Assembly (NCBI GenBank): GCA_951406725.2
Contig: OX597814.1
Coordinates: 223,510,001 to 223,574,000, forward strand
Direction: 5' to 3'
DNA: 64,000 nt
DNA from: Octopus vulgaris
Taxonomy: Eukaryota
In this document: piece by piece, positions 13,479-28,416 of the stretch
How the letters are laid out: every line of letters starts with the position of its first letter
Position numbering within the stretch: position 1 is the first letter of the stretch
Position numbers and translations under genes: made by a program
Notes under the pieces: model-generated
Databases searched by the model: none
The model's input: only the letters and a program-made list of their open reading frames with translations
Told to the model about the DNA's origin: nothing

Positions 13479-13594
13479 AGTGTGTGTGTGTATGTATATA
13501 TATATATGTATGTATGAGTATATGTGAATGTAGTATATGTATATATATATGTATATATATTTATATGTGCGTGTGTGTGTACACACACACACAC

Positions 13595-13970
13595 GGCAAG
13601 AAGCTTCCTTCCCAACCACATGGTTCCGAGTTCAGTCCCACAGCGTGGCACCTTGGGCGCCCGGCCAAACCTTTGAGAGTAGATTCGGTAGACGGAAACT
13701 GAAAGAAGCCCGTTGTATATGTCTGTGTATGCTTTTGTGCGTGCGTGTATGTGTGTATGCTTGTGTGTTTGTGTTTGTCCCTCACGATCGATTGACAACC
13801 GATGCTGGTGTGTTTACGTCCGCAGCAACTTAGTGATTCGGCAATAGAGACGTTAGCATACGTACTAGGCTTACAAAGAATAAGTCCTAGAGTCAATTTG
13901 TTCGTCTAAAGGCGGTGCTTCAGTATGGCCGCAGTCAAATGACTGAAACAAGTTAAAGAATAAAAGAATA
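13595..13970 (+). mobile_element. CORE-like tRNA-derived SINE (octopus OR-type), slightly 5'-truncated
   Basis: B box gagttcagtcc, ggcaccttgggc, ggtagacggaaactgaaagaagcccg, 3' ggcggtgcttcagtatggccgcagtcaaatgactgaaac and A-rich tail. Confidence 0.88.
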
Positions 13971-14435
13971 TGAGAGAATATGCTTGCTTGCGCGTATGTA
14001 CTTTTTTTTGTCAATGAAAATGCATGCATTTCAGACATGCAATCGTGAACAATCATTTCGAAAAACAGGGTCAAATACGTAATCATTTATTGCAAACCTA
14101 GCTACTCACTTTGTAGGTTATGTCTGGGAAACAAAAATCAAATCGACATGAGCCTGTCCAAAGAATGGAATAGGAAATTCGTTTACCAAGATAAATACAT
14201 CACTGTTAGTTACCCACTGGTACGAAATATCAAAGTAGACGCCAAACTGAGGCACAAGATTGAAGTTAAGAGTAACTTGAGAAGAATGAACGTTGACACA
14301 CTTAGCGGAAACTGCGTACATTCGGGAAGAAGCCTGAGAGTGAAAGGCATACGCCTTTGATAGTATGTTTAGTAACGTTATTTATAGGTAGGTATTAATC
14401 TCTGATCGGAGGACAACATGCTATGATGAAAATGA

Positions 14436-14607
14436 CACGCACACACACACACACATGTATGTATGTATGTATGTATGTATTATGTAGGAATGTATTCATG
14501 AATGGATGAATTGATGGATGAATGATCGGATTAATGTTGGTAGATGAGTATAAGAATACACATATATATATATATATATATACATACATATATATATATA
14601 TATATAC

Positions 14608-14646
<39 letters not shown>

Positions 14647-14955
14647 CATACATATATATATACATACATATATATATATATACATATATATATACATACA
14701 TATATATATACATACATACATATATATATACATATATATATACATATATATATACATACATATATATATATACATATATATACACACACACAAACACATG
14801 TATACATATATGTGCACACACACAAGGACACACACACTCACACCAATCTCACCTCCATACAGACACACATATACACACGCAGCACCATGCCAAATGCCAT
14901 CCACACACATACATACACACACATACATACACACACAATACATACACACACAATA
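14436..14955. repeat. Compound (CA)n/(TA)n/(TACA)n microsatellite field
   Basis: Direct read. Confidence 0.95.
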
Positions 14956-15532
14956 CCAAGACAACCACACACGCGGTTGACAAACAGATACACCATCCTA
15001 CCAGATCTTACAGACACCCAGACACATCTATTCACACCACATATGTATTTATGCACACACAAATACACACAAAGACACACACACTCATCCCATCATGACC
15101 CCAAAATCATTGATGCTTGAAGGAAAGACAAAAAAAGAAAAAAAGGGTACATTCTTTTCAGTTCCACATTTCTCCTCCTAAAACGGACAGGTCAGTTTTA
15201 GCTTCATCACTATTATAATGTAAATCTTTTTGAACTCATAATATTCTGTATGTGTATACTGAACTTTTTTTATAATTCCTCCTGGAAATTACCTTGAGAT
15301 GTATAATATATTTGTTTTAATCTTTTCTGCCCATTATTTCAATGAGCTTGTTAAACTTTTTTATATTCTCAACATACTGTTGTCACCAAAGAATGTATAC
15401 TTATATGGATTATAGTACTCTGTGTCAACCAATATTCTGTGCATGTTTGAATATACAGATACAATACCAATATCAATTCCTTCTGGAAACTATCTTAAGT
15501 ATGTCCTTGAGAACGATTATTTATGTAGTAAT

Positions 15533-16272
15533 CTTTTGTGAGCTTGGCTGTGTGGGAAGGCGCGTTGTCCTGCTGGAGCAGTACTCCTCGCCACCAAAGA
15601 GGTATCCTGTACTATCTCAACGTACTTTGCTGCGTTGATGTTTCCTTCGACGGCATAGAGCCGCCCAACACCACTGTAGCTGAACGCCCCTCACACCATC
15701 AGACCACCCCCACCTTGCTTCATGGTGGGAGCAATGCAGTCTTTGTTGAAGCGCTCACCCCTGCGGCGTCGCACATGGACAGGCTTGTCACTGACGAGAC
15801 TGAATCGCGACTCGTCAGTGAACATCACTGTCCGCCACTGCTGCACGGTCCATGTCTTGTGGGCACGGGCCCAGAGCAGCCGCCTCTTCCGGTTTTGCGC
15901 TGTAAGGAGCGGCTTACGGGTGGCCCTACAGGATTTTAGACCAGCTTCCAGTAATCTGGTCTTGACGGTGGTTGTAGACAACTGCTTCCCTGTCATCTTT
16001 TGCATCTCCTCCGCCAGTTGCCGGCTCGTTGCCCTTCGGTTGTACAGTGACTTTCGGATCAGCATCCGGTCCTCCCGCTGGGTCGTCAGCCTCTTCCGTC
16101 CCCTACCCTTTTTGTCAGCTGCTGATCCGGTTTCCTCGTATTTCTTATATAAGCACTGAATTGTGCGCCTGGCTACACCAAGTTTTCTGGCTATTGCAAC
16201 CTCCGACAGCTTCCCACGCCACGAGAGAGCCTCGTACTGTCTCTCCAAGGTCATGCGAGGTCTTGGGCCCAT
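15533..16272 (-). pseudogene. Tc1-family transposase, nonsense-disrupted and 3'-truncated
   Basis: 193-aa ORF with HTH (VAIARKLGVARRTI), GRGRKRLTT, RKPLLT, WRTVMFTDESRF; TGA at the conserved VW; continues GAFSYSGVGRLYAVEGNINAAKY and then QQDNAPSHTAK; third catalytic residue missing. Confidence 0.93.
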
Positions 16273-16398
16273 CTAGGAATGAACGATAAAACCAGTTATT
16301 TTCATTAAAACTATTCATTTGAATAATGTTATGCTATAACAAAACTGCTATGAGTTATTATTCATTAAACAAAAAAGAAAGAAAGCAGAATTTCTCAC
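16273..16398 (-). other. Putative 5'-UTR intron of the Tc1 transposase
   Basis: Minus strand aag|GTGAGA ... ttcctAG|ATGGGC; 126 nt, AT-rich. Confidence 0.55.
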
Positions 16399-16725
16399 CT
16401 TATTTGATGTATAACAGAAAGTTTTTGTGAACCAGAAGTGACGTCACCAAGCAGAGTGAGGAAAAAAAATCTTGCAAATACAGAAATCAATTAACCTATG
16501 AGCTGTTCAAAACGTCTTAGGCGATGAGAAAACTTAGTACGGTGTGATTTCGGTCCTTGCGAGGCGCTACCTATATCTATTAAACAAAGGAAGATTTGTC
16601 TGCATCCGCACTCCAAGTTGTTGTTGCACTGCTATGTCAACATCATTAGGCTGTAGACTCTCAAACCGCTCTGCAAACAAAGTTACGTCATCGTTCTGCG
16701 CAACAGTGAACTCGCAACAAAGCAA

Positions 16726-18625
16726 TATTTTTCGGTAAAATTTTCGTTGAAAATTTTCGAAAACTTTTTGGGTAAAATTTTTGGTGAAACTTTCGAAAAA
16801 TTTTTGGGTAAAATTTTCGGTAAAAATTTTCGAAAATTTTTTGGTGGAAAATTTTTGAAAAATTTTTCGGGTAAATTTTCGTTGAAAATTTTCGAAAAAT
16901 TTTTCTGGAATATTTTCGGTGAAAATTTTCGAAAAATTTTTCTGGAAAATTTTCTGTGAAAATTTTCGAAAAATTTTTGGGAAAAATTTTCGGTGAAAAC
17001 TTTCGAAACATTTTTGGGTGGAAAATTTTCGGTGAAAATTATCGAAAAAGTTTTGGGTAAAATTTTCGTTGAAAATTTTCGAAAAATTTTTGGTAAAATT
17101 TTCGAAAATTTTTGGGTAAAATTTTCACCAAAAATTTTTCTGGAATATTTTCGGTGAAAATTTTCGAAAAATTTTTGGGTAAAATTTTCGGTGAAAATTT
17201 TCGAAAACTTTTTTGGGTAAAATTTTCGGTCAAAATTTTCGAAAAATTTTTGGGTAAAATTTTCGGTCAAAATTTTCGAAAAATTTTTGGGTATAATTTT
17301 CGGTCAAAATTTTCGAAAATTTTTCTGTAATATTTTCGGTCAAAATTTTCTAAAAATTTTTCTGGAAAATTTTTCGGTAAAATTTTCGGTGAAAATTTTC
17401 GAAAAATTTTTGGGTAAAATTTTCGGTCAAAATTTTCGAAAAATTTTTGGGTAAAATTTTCGGTCAAAATTTTCGAAAAATTTTCGGTATAATTTTCGGT
17501 CAAAATTTTCGAAAAATTTTTCTGTAATATTTTCGGTCAAAATTTTCTAAAAATTTTTCTGGAAAATTTTTGGGGAAAATTTTCGAAAAATTTCTGGGTA
17601 AAATTTTAGATAAATTTTTGGGTAAAATTTTCGGTGAAAATTTTTATGAAAATTTTCCAAAAATTTTCTGGAACATTTTCGGTGAAAATTATCGAAAAAA
17701 TTTTGGGTAAAATTTTCGTTGAAAATTTTCGAAAAATTTTTGGTGAAATTTTCGAAAATTTTTTGGGTAAAATTTTCACCAAAAATTTTTCTGGAATATT
17801 TTCGGTGAAAATTTTTCGAAAAATTTTTGGGTAAAATTTTCACCAAAAATTTTCGAAAAATTTCTGGGTAAAATTTTAGATAAATTTTTTGGTAAAATTT
17901 TCGTTGAAAATTTTCAAAAATTTTTGGTGAAATTTTCAGGAAAATTTTAAAAATTTTTGTTTAAAATTTTCGGAAATTTTCACCAAAAATTGTTCTGGAA
18001 TATTTTCGGTGAGAATTTTCGAATAATTTTTCTGGAAAATTTTCGGTGAAAATTTTCGAAAATTTTTGGGTAAAATTTTCGGTGAAAATTTTCAAAAATT
18101 TTTGGGTAAAATTTTCGGTGAAAATTTTCATGAAAATTTTCCAAAAGTTTTTCTGGAACATTTTCGGTGAAAATTTTCGAAAAAATTTTGGGTAAAATTT
18201 TTGCTGAAAATTTTTGAAACATTTTCCGGGTAAATTTTCGGTGAAAATTTTCGAAAAATTTTTGGGTAAAATTTTCGGCAAAAATTTTCGAAAAATTGTT
18301 GGTAAAAATTTTTGGGTAAAATTTTCGTTGAAAATTTTCGAAAAATTTTTGGATAAAATTTTTGTTGAAATTTTCGAAAAATTTTTGGGTAAAATTTTCG
18401 GTAAAAATTTTCGAAAATTTTTTGGTGGAAAACTTTTGAAAAATTTTTCGGGCAAATTTTCGGTGAAAATTTTCGAAAAATTTTTGAGGGAAATTTTCGT
18501 AAAAGTTTTGGGTAAAATTTTCGGTTAAAATTTTTAGGAAAAATTTTTGAGAAAATTTTTGATACATATTTTTGGGGGAAAATTTTTGAAAAATTTTGGG
18601 GGGAAATTTTCGGTGAAAATTTTCA
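16726..18625. repeat. ~1.9 kb minisatellite of ~12-bp A/T-tract subunits (~36-bp unit AAAATTTTCGGTG-AAAATTTTCG-AAAAATTTTTGGGT) with higher-order blocks
   Basis: Direct read; 17025-17160 recurs at 17677-17811, and 16734-16900 recurs at 18314-18480. Confidence 0.97.
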
Positions 18626-19819
18626 TTGTATGCTGTATATATATGCTTTTTTTGTCCTTGAAATACATACTTGACTCCGATAAGGAAATCAAATTGTTAA
18701 AATTATGTTTAGTGTGACTTTTATATATAAAAGAATTTCGTATTTTTCTTCTTTGTCTTTTGTAAATATATTTACATAAATATACCAGCTTCCTCTGTGC
18801 ATCCTCATATATTTTAAACGTGCCTAGCGTATACAATAGCTCTAATTTGTTTTGAGATCATTTCTGTGTATGTGCTGTTTGTATGGAGTTGCATGTTCGT
18901 CATATTTCCCCGACTCATTGAAGGCAGTCAAATTTATGGGTCCATATGTACATATGTGTGTCAGCTGCGCGATTCCTAGTGCACGGGAGCGTTCATGAAT
19001 ATATATATATATATATATATAAAACATATACATGACTGTATATGTCTATGCACTTATATCTGTGTAAAACGATTGTGCAAAGGCATAGAAACACTAATAA
19101 CCTGGTACTGGAACTCGATATACATATATATATAAAGCGTTAGGCGAGGACAGAGCATTATGTGTGCGTTTGTGTGTGTGCGTGTAGTCAATTCAACAAA
19201 GTGATTATATATTTCCATGAGCATGCAATTACTTTCTTCTCATCAATCAAGAAAACTGAAGTACCACATGCGTCTCTTGTATGAGTATGTATGTATACAT
19301 ATATATGTGTACATATATATATTTATACATATATATATCTACTACATATGTGGGAAATTCTGTCAGTGGGTGTGTTTATGGAGCTGTTAGCTAACTCCTC
19401 CTACATCGTTTTATCGATTTTGATGAAGCTTGAACTCATATCTGGAAAATCATGATGAAATTAGAACTCATGTCAGGAAACCTCATAGTATAAACAAATT
19501 GTTAAAAACATTCGATAATAGGGCTCCTGGAAGGGATCCTTATATATATTTGATACATTTCATTTTAAACGCCAAGCGAAATAACCCCTTCGCCCATATT
19601 TCAATAGCCAAGGGAAATAATCCATTAATTTTCCTAAATTAAATTAGTATAAATCAAATTAAGTATGCTTATTTCTTAGTACTTGAATTGTTAGAGCTAT
19701 ATTCGCAATTTATCTAGTTCAACCCTTAAACAATTAAATAATTTTTTTCTTAAACTATAGATCCACTTATTTCGGTTAGTGACTTATTCACAAATATGCC
19801 AACACTAGCGGCGCTGAGG

Positions 19820-20180
19820 GTAATATTCTATGGGAACGCACAGAGGCTCTTTTCAGAGTTATTTACTTTGAATTGTTATTATTTCATATCTGATTAGTCT
19901 GTTATTACGTAACATGCTTCACGATTTTAATATACATACCTTTTTAGTATTTCGTCCTAAGTTCTATATACTCTAGGAACGCATTACAGCCCTTTTCGGG
20001 GCTACATTATTTGAATTCTTACTATTTGGTAACTATTATTACATAACTGATTTCACAATTTGGGTATTCATAACTTATTGGGAATTCTTAAAAACAAGAT
20101 CCTGTGTAAGACTTTTTGGTATTCTCTATAAATGCACAAAACCCTTTTAAGGGCTACATACTTTGTACTGTTGTTATTGG
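19820..20180. repeat. Old diverged tandem repeat, ~150-bp period, 3 copies
   Basis: attcta(t)..gaacgca...ccttttc.gggctaca...tttgaatt recurs near 19825, 19970 and 20122. Confidence 0.5.
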
Positions 20181-20303
20181 ATTAGCGAAACAATTATGAT
20201 AATGGAACCAAGGGATAAGCCCCGCTTTCCCAGGAATTCCCGGGTACGTCAACTACTCTCTCTCTCCATATATATATATATATATAGATGTGATGTGTGT
20301 ATG

Positions 20304-20356
<53 letters not shown>

Positions 20357-20459
20357 GTATGTATATATATATATATGTATGTATTTATATATATATAGAC
20401 ACATATTTGTGTTCCCATGCGCTGCTAGAATCTCCTCCGTCCAAGCCATAAAAAAGGCC

Positions 20460-20915
20460 TTTTCGTTTGTTTTCTTGTTTATTTTTATTTCTCGTATTGT
20501 ATTTTCTTGTACATGTATTTTTATCTTGTATTTTATTTTGTAGTTTTATTTGTATCGTTTTTACGTCCTGTTTGTGTTACATTTTTTTCTTGCTTGTTTT
20601 TACTCATCTGCGAGGTAATTTTATTTTAATTCCCTCGCAGGAAGGACTAGTTTGGCGAGTCGTGTTCTGTCTTGCCTTCGAAACACGCTGGAGCCGAACT
20701 AGTGACAGATGATGAAGGGGATTTTTCCTTGTGTAGTATGTCCTGTGCTCTGTTTTTCTGTTGTAAAAAAATGTTTTTTCCGTTTTCGTTTTTCGTTGAG
20801 TTCTACGTCTAGTTGTGGTGTCCTGTACTCAAGTATATATATTTATATATGCATGTATATATACATGTAGATGTAGGTACGTACATATTTGTTTGTATGT
20901 ATGCATATATTTTAT
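20460..20915 (+). mobile_element. Penelope-like pLTR fragment, same family as 12375-12800
   Basis: gccttcgaaac...gatgaaggggatttttccttgtg...ggtgtcctgtactc...catgtagatgtaggtacgtacata is shared with the reverse complement of 12395-12660. Confidence 0.6.
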
Positions 20916-20924
20916 TTATTACAC

Positions 20925-21414
20925 TATTGTTTGACAACGCCCTCGCGTCGGGTTCGATTCGATTCGTTCGCTTCGTTCCGTTCTTATTCTCCCAGTACTG
21001 CATCTTTCTTTGGAGTCCTACTACCACATCGTGCGTCTTTGTTTGCAGCGCTTTTCCTCTGTTCGTCGATTTTTCCGATGGTTGAAACGGAGGAACAAAC
21101 TGAAGGAGTATCCTGAACTGAGAGAAGAGCTGGTAGTTGATCCGGACCTTTTTACGAAGATCATCAGTAGTGACGAAAACTGGTGTTACGAAATTTGCAG
21201 ATGTGGAAGAGGTGAAGAAAAACGACGGGGGCGTTCAGAGGTATCACTTTGCAAAGCTTCCAGCACTGCTTCGAATAGTGAAAATGCATCTGGACAGATG
21301 CATTGCTTCAAATGGAGAATACTTTGAATGCAATAAAAGTGTAGGCAATAAACATGTAAAATTAAGTGGATCAAATAATACTGCAAAATTCCGGTTTTCT
21401 TTGAGTATCCCTCG
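20925..21414 (+). mobile_element. Internally deleted mariner derivative with 3' TIR and TA site
   Basis: FTKIISSDENWCY (ITGDETW motif) is fused to the C-terminal region LDRCIASNGEYFE; ends ttgagtatccctcg|TA; 3' part similar to 1120-1330. Confidence 0.85.
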
Positions 21415-21460
21415 TATATTCACATACATACACGCACCCATACATACATACACACAGACG

Positions 21461-21545
<85 letters not shown>

Positions 21546-21551
<6 letters not shown>

Positions 21552-21741
21552 CGTAGACGTATTTCGTCTGCCGTTACGTTCTGAGTTCAAATTCCGCCGA
21601 GGTCGACTTTGCCTTTCATCCTTTTGGGGTCGATAAATTAAGTACCAGTTAAGCACTGGGGTCGATGTAATCGACATAATCCGTTTGTCTGTCCTTGTTT
21701 GTCCCCTCTGTGTTTAGCCCCTTGTGGGTAGTAAAGAAATA
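21546..21741 (+). mobile_element. Nin-domain-like SINE, 5'-truncated, between (TA)n arrays
   Basis: Near-identical to 54680-54873. Confidence 0.9.
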
Positions 21742-21791
21742 TATATATATATATATATATATCGGAAGGTTTGGAGATGATGTACAGGTAT

Positions 21792-23386
<1,595 letters not shown>

Positions 23387-23559
23387 GATCATATAAAATT
23401 GAAGTGTAAAACATCATTGTTTCTTACTACATGAATCATTAAACTTTCAAAGCAATGACAAATGCCTACATGAAATATATACATACAAGATATTGAATAA
23501 TTGCAAATCTGCATGTAACGGCAGATCTTTCAATCTGTTTATGTATGTATCTATCTATC

Positions 23560-23985
23560 CAAGGTTGAATTGGCTATTAAGCAATATAAGCATGTGCTTA
23601 TACCATCAAGGCAAATGGAGCGCACCGCAGAAATTCTAAATGGTATACGGCACAAAAGAAGCCACTTCATACTTGCTAAAATACTTTTGTAGATGCCTTA
23701 TATCTACTAAGTATAGAAGCATATATGGTATGTAAGATTAATTTTGACGTTTTGATCGAAGACTTTGCAAAGAAAAGAGGTAGAAAACTTTCCGAATATA
23801 GAGTGGATGGCGGCAGCGCAATGATTGATATGTACTGCATTTTTGATTTTGAGGACATTTTTTTACTAATCTTTTCTACCTTACAAAACTTATATCAGCT
23901 ATGCAAAAGATTTTCTTTAAATGCGCTAAAAATTCTATAACATATTCATAAGCCTATCACAGTTCTCCTCAGGTGGTGCAAAATG
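23560..23985 (+). mobile_element. hAT-derived remnant with transposase C-terminal dimerisation motif
   Basis: 23692-23788 translates DALYLLSIEAYMVCKINFDVLIEDFAKKRGRK, typical of the hATC end; element borders are approximate. Confidence 0.7.
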
Positions 23986-24322
23986 AGTACGAGAAAATAA
24001 TATCAGTTTGCTTCTTCAAACCTCCCCAACAATATTTGAAAATAGAATCATGCACGTCAATATCCATCCTCAGATATCAGAAACATAATAAGTTTCCGTG
24101 ACTGAACATGTATGTATATATATATATATACATACACACAAACACACACACTCTCACTTTCACAGATGCAGGCGCACCTTCGTTTTGGCATCACCAGTAC
24201 TTTATTATTTCCTCTTCTTCCTAGCTCTCCTGTCCAACAACCTTTTACTAACCAGTCGCCATGATTGACAGCTAAACCCACAATGTTTTTTTTATTCTCT
24301 CTCTGTTTATTTCATCGTTTTC

Positions 24323-24358
24323 TTTTCTGTTGAAGAGCATAGGCTTGAAACGTAAAAA
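24323..24358 (+). ncRNA. Minimal hammerhead-like motif with CUGUUGA (A6U) core in a pLTR-like element (~24150-24447) ending at (TA)n
   Basis: uuuu-CUGUUGA-A-GAGC(AUAG)GCUU-GAAA-CG-UA-aaaa. Confidence 0.55.
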
Positions 24359-24443
24359 ACTTTCTCACCTTCCTGAGCGTCAAATTAATACACTTGCTTG
24401 TTGTTTATATATCTGTCTTCATCTTTTGTTTTCTGTAAATTTC

Positions 24444-24480
<37 letters not shown>

Positions 24481-24482
<2 letters not shown>

Positions 24483-24632
24483 GGAGTAAACACATAAATG
24501 TGAAACAATGTGGAAAAAAAGTACTCAAATACTAGAGGTAGAGTAATATGCTTTATTTAAAAGCAGCAGAAATTGAACAAAAGCTGTTACTCGGAGTAAA
24601 TGTTAAGTTTCTGCTGTTTTTAAATAAAGTAT
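24481..24632. repeat. Short (TA)n-flanked element with internal inverted repeat
   Basis: ctttatttaaaagcagcagaaa (24551-24572) pairs with tttctgctgtttttaaataaag (24608-24629). Confidence 0.7.
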
Positions 24633-24892
24633 AAATATATATATTTACTTTTTTTTTTTATTTATATATTTATGGAAATGTCATACAATGAGAAGGAATG
24701 CTCAAAACTGCATTGGTGGATAAAATTTCCTTATTTGTGTATTAAGGCTACTCTTGGTGTCATGTTCAGAAAAATATCTTAATATTTTAATGTTTCAAGC
24801 CGATCACATGAAAGTACGTAATAAATTTTAAAAATTTAACATTTAATAAATATACATACATAGATACATATGCGTGTGTGTGCGTGTAGATT

Positions 24893-24933
<41 letters not shown>

Positions 24934-25047
24934 GCATGTATGTCATTATTCAGTTCATTTCTAGATTTTTTGCCAATAGAGAATGAACCGGTTTCTAACT
25001 TACATCCAATTCAGTGGATTTTCAACATCAACAACAGGGTATTTTTG

Positions 25048-25081
<34 letters not shown>

Positions 25082-25779
25082 TGTATGTATGTATGTATGT
25101 ATGTATCTATGTATGTATGTATGTATGTACGTATGTATGTATGTATGTATGTGCAGATTTGTATGTTCTATGTATGTATTCTCATGCATATACTTGCGTA
25201 TCGAGACATGCTCATATATATTTAAATGATGAACTTCTGGGAAGTTTTACAGGTTTTTACAGTTCCAGTACGTATTTATGTATGTAGGTATGCATACTTA
25301 CTACATGCTAAATTTGTAAAATGTATTATGTACTTGCATGCTGCCGTTAATGGTTTCGATCTGGAATGTCTTAAATAGTTGTGCTTGTTGTGGTTTCACA
25401 GCTACTTAAAGTGGATGCCGAGCTAGTTAGATTTTTAAGTGCCTTAATGAGTAAATTCAGAGCACTGTTGTATATACAGATCTTTAATGAGTTTGTAATT
25501 TTTTTTTTACTATTTTTTAACATTATGTTGAGTTTTGCTGTTGACTGATTTCCGATGCTGAGTATAATTTTCTCCTCTCTCGCAGATCATTCCATTATTA
25601 GTCAGTGAGGTATGCTGCATAGTCACTATGAGTAATTAGGCAATATACATCATTGAAACATCATATATACCTATCCTTAGAATGAGATTGCACAATATTT
25701 GTTTTGTCATTCCGTCAGACCCCACTTGAAAGATTTGACCGTAATGGTATTTTGGGAAAAGTGATTATAACGCGTTTGA

Positions 25780-26460
25780 CAGTGAGAGAATTAATCTGCC
25801 TAGATGTTTCACTTGTATCTCTATACCTTTTGTACAATAGGTGTTTCTTTGTTATGTCTTATGCAATTGCATACACTTAAATGAATGCTAATATCCTCGA
25901 TGTTGGTTCATGAGAATATACTAATAATTATCTATCTTATTTTTCATTTTGAAGCTTTCTGGTCACATAAATATGTATGACCTTTGACTGCTGTGAATAC
26001 AACGTTTATTCTCAAGACCTGTTGCGCTACACTTATGAAATTTCTCTTTGTTTATAATCTAGATCTTCATCCAGGGAATATTTTCCGAAAAGTTCCTTTC
26101 CATTCACTTGATGTTATCTTCCTCATGAATGCACAATTGTTCTATGGATGGACTTCGATATTTGGATTCTGTGACATTCCATGGGGTGTTGTCTGAATCG
26201 ATTCTCGGTCACTACAGGGGTATTCTGTATCATTGTCATTGTGGAAATTTGCGGTATACTTATTAGTTTAAAGATTTTAAAATCAAAATATTGCATGTTA
26301 TATAGCGTCCTACAGAATTGCAGAGATGCAGCTACGAGTGCTTGTACAGCAAACACATTCTGGGCTACAGTTTTATTGTATACAGACATTTCTTTATCCG
26401 GTTGTTATATTCTTTGTTCACTTCTTCCTTGCTCCAGTTTCCATCAGAGCACATATATTC
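25780..26460 (-). mobile_element. Highly decayed R4/Dong-type (RLE) LINE fragment
   Basis: Minus strand KEVNKEYNNRIKK / SVYNKTVAQNVFAVQAL / NFHNDND resembles the post-RT region of R4-clade elements. Confidence 0.6.
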
Positions 26461-26623
26461 ATCAATTCATAAATATCTACAGTATCCCGCATTGGACATC
26501 AACTATGGATATGTATGTAAAGAGTGGGGAAAGAAAGTGAATAAGAACTAAAGTTAGTAAGATAAATTAATAAAGAGTGAGAAATAAAGTCTGACAGACA
26601 AACAGCGACAGATAGACAGATAA

Positions 26624-26707
<84 letters not shown>

Positions 26708-26794
26708 TTCAGAACATATTTCACGTATGTGCATTTATTGGCTCTTTAATTTCATATATATATTTGTTTGTATATATATATATATATATATATA

Positions 26795-28205
26795 CCAGCA
26801 GAGGAACCTGGCGTTGCCAAGGAATGAAATCTTTCTTTACATATTGGAAGAATAACAATAAAAATAATAATAATAAATACAAAACTTACGACTTTTATGA
26901 AACGAGATAAAATCTACCACACATGTTGAAGGAACTTATGTAAGAGCTTCTGGGTAAACAACATTCTTTGTTTTCTGCTTTGGAGCTTGGACAAATAAGT
27001 CTTGCAAACTACCTACCCTGGAGCAACCAACATAAAGGTGACCATGAAAAACGCAAGCCAGTAGATTTCAAAGACTGAACTTGAGCTTTATTAGTAGACA
27101 TTGCAAAGGAAAGTCGCACTGGGAATTGTGTTCGTTTGAACTCAAAGGGCATGTCTGTTGGTCTGATTGGAATTCTTGGAACGAAAACCGCTTCCCCAGA
27201 GGCACATCCAGTGATGATGATAGCTTTTGTCACATTAGGTGATAATGTCTTTACAATCAACCTTATCCCATCGCATAATTTAGTAGGATCTAAATTTCTT
27301 AGAAGCATTATTGAGACTCCTACCTTCAGAACAAGTTTATGTGGAGGAATTCCTGGTGGTTCAAGAGAATTAAGGATCTCTGTTGGGTAATAGTCAGCTT
27401 CATTTTCATCAAGGACTGAATCAACTGATTTGTACTTCTTAATGACTGTTGGAATCTTATTCATTAATTCATGGTTAATTCTTGCTACTGTCTCACTTTT
27501 GGGATTAAGAATTGGCCTTTCACACAACTATTTATGTGAATAATAATTATTACTTAAGGCCTGTTCTTCAATTGAACTGGGGAATTCATCATGATAGCAA
27601 TATGAGCCAAACTGATGTCATCATTCCCATCAAGTGGTACTTTACCATTTCCTAATTGGAGGAGGCAGGTTGAGAACTGTTTTACACATTGGTCCCCAGG
27701 CAATGAAGCTGTCACGTCAGTATCGAAGGAACGTTTCAGTACTTTATTCCATAGGTGTGAAGACAACGCATGTTTTTACTTCATCAGATCTTATTCGTCT
27801 TAGAATGACTGATAATGTCTATCTAAAGTCTCCTGATAAAACTGATGTAACTCTTCCCGTAAATTTATTGTTGCTTCTGATGTCCTGTAAGGTGTTACCA
27901 AGAGCTTCCATTGAACCTCTATGCGACATGGTGCATTCATCCCAAATTATCAGTTGGCATTGGCAAAACACTTCTGCTGGACCTGAATCTTTACTTATTC
28001 AGACTGTCACTTGTGACCAGATTTAGTCGTAATTTAAAAGCAGAATGTGCTGTTCGTCCTCCTGCGAGAATGGTGGCAGCAAAGCCAGACAATGGTACAG
28101 CAATAGCAAATTTTGGGGTTTTTGCCTTACTTTGGTGAGAAGTAATGTTACAAATGTTTTACGTGTATCACCAGGAGCATCGAGAAAAAAATTCCTCTTC
28201 TTTAT
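26795..28205 (-). mobile_element. Helitron remnant: PIF1-type helicase pseudogene plus 3' terminus
   Basis: FFLDAPGDTRKTF (decayed Walker A), IWDECTMS (Walker B), SGDFR, PPHKLVLKVG..IMLLRNLDP, QFPVRLSFAMSTNKAQ; 3' hairpin CCTTGGCAACGCCAGG then CTGG|T. Confidence 0.92.
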
Positions 28206-28377
28206 TTTTACGATGGTGGACGTCGCCCGCGCACACACACAGATTCACATACATACAGTATCAAACTGCAGATGAAAGGGAGGTATGTGTGAGAGAGAGA
28301 GAGAGAGTAAGTGAAGTGGTGTGTTGTCATATATACGTACATACGTAAATAATAGGCGTACAACTTTCTTGTATGTA

Positions 28378-28416
<39 letters not shown>

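Noticed and set aside
16683-18567. Long K/F/N-rich ORFs
   Set aside because: Translations of the satellite
26181-26540. 119-aa ORF MGCCLNRFSVTTGVFCIIV that looks like a small membrane protein
   Set aside because: The opposite strand carries R4-type LINE motifs, so it is most likely an antisense shadow ORF; no splice or promoter support
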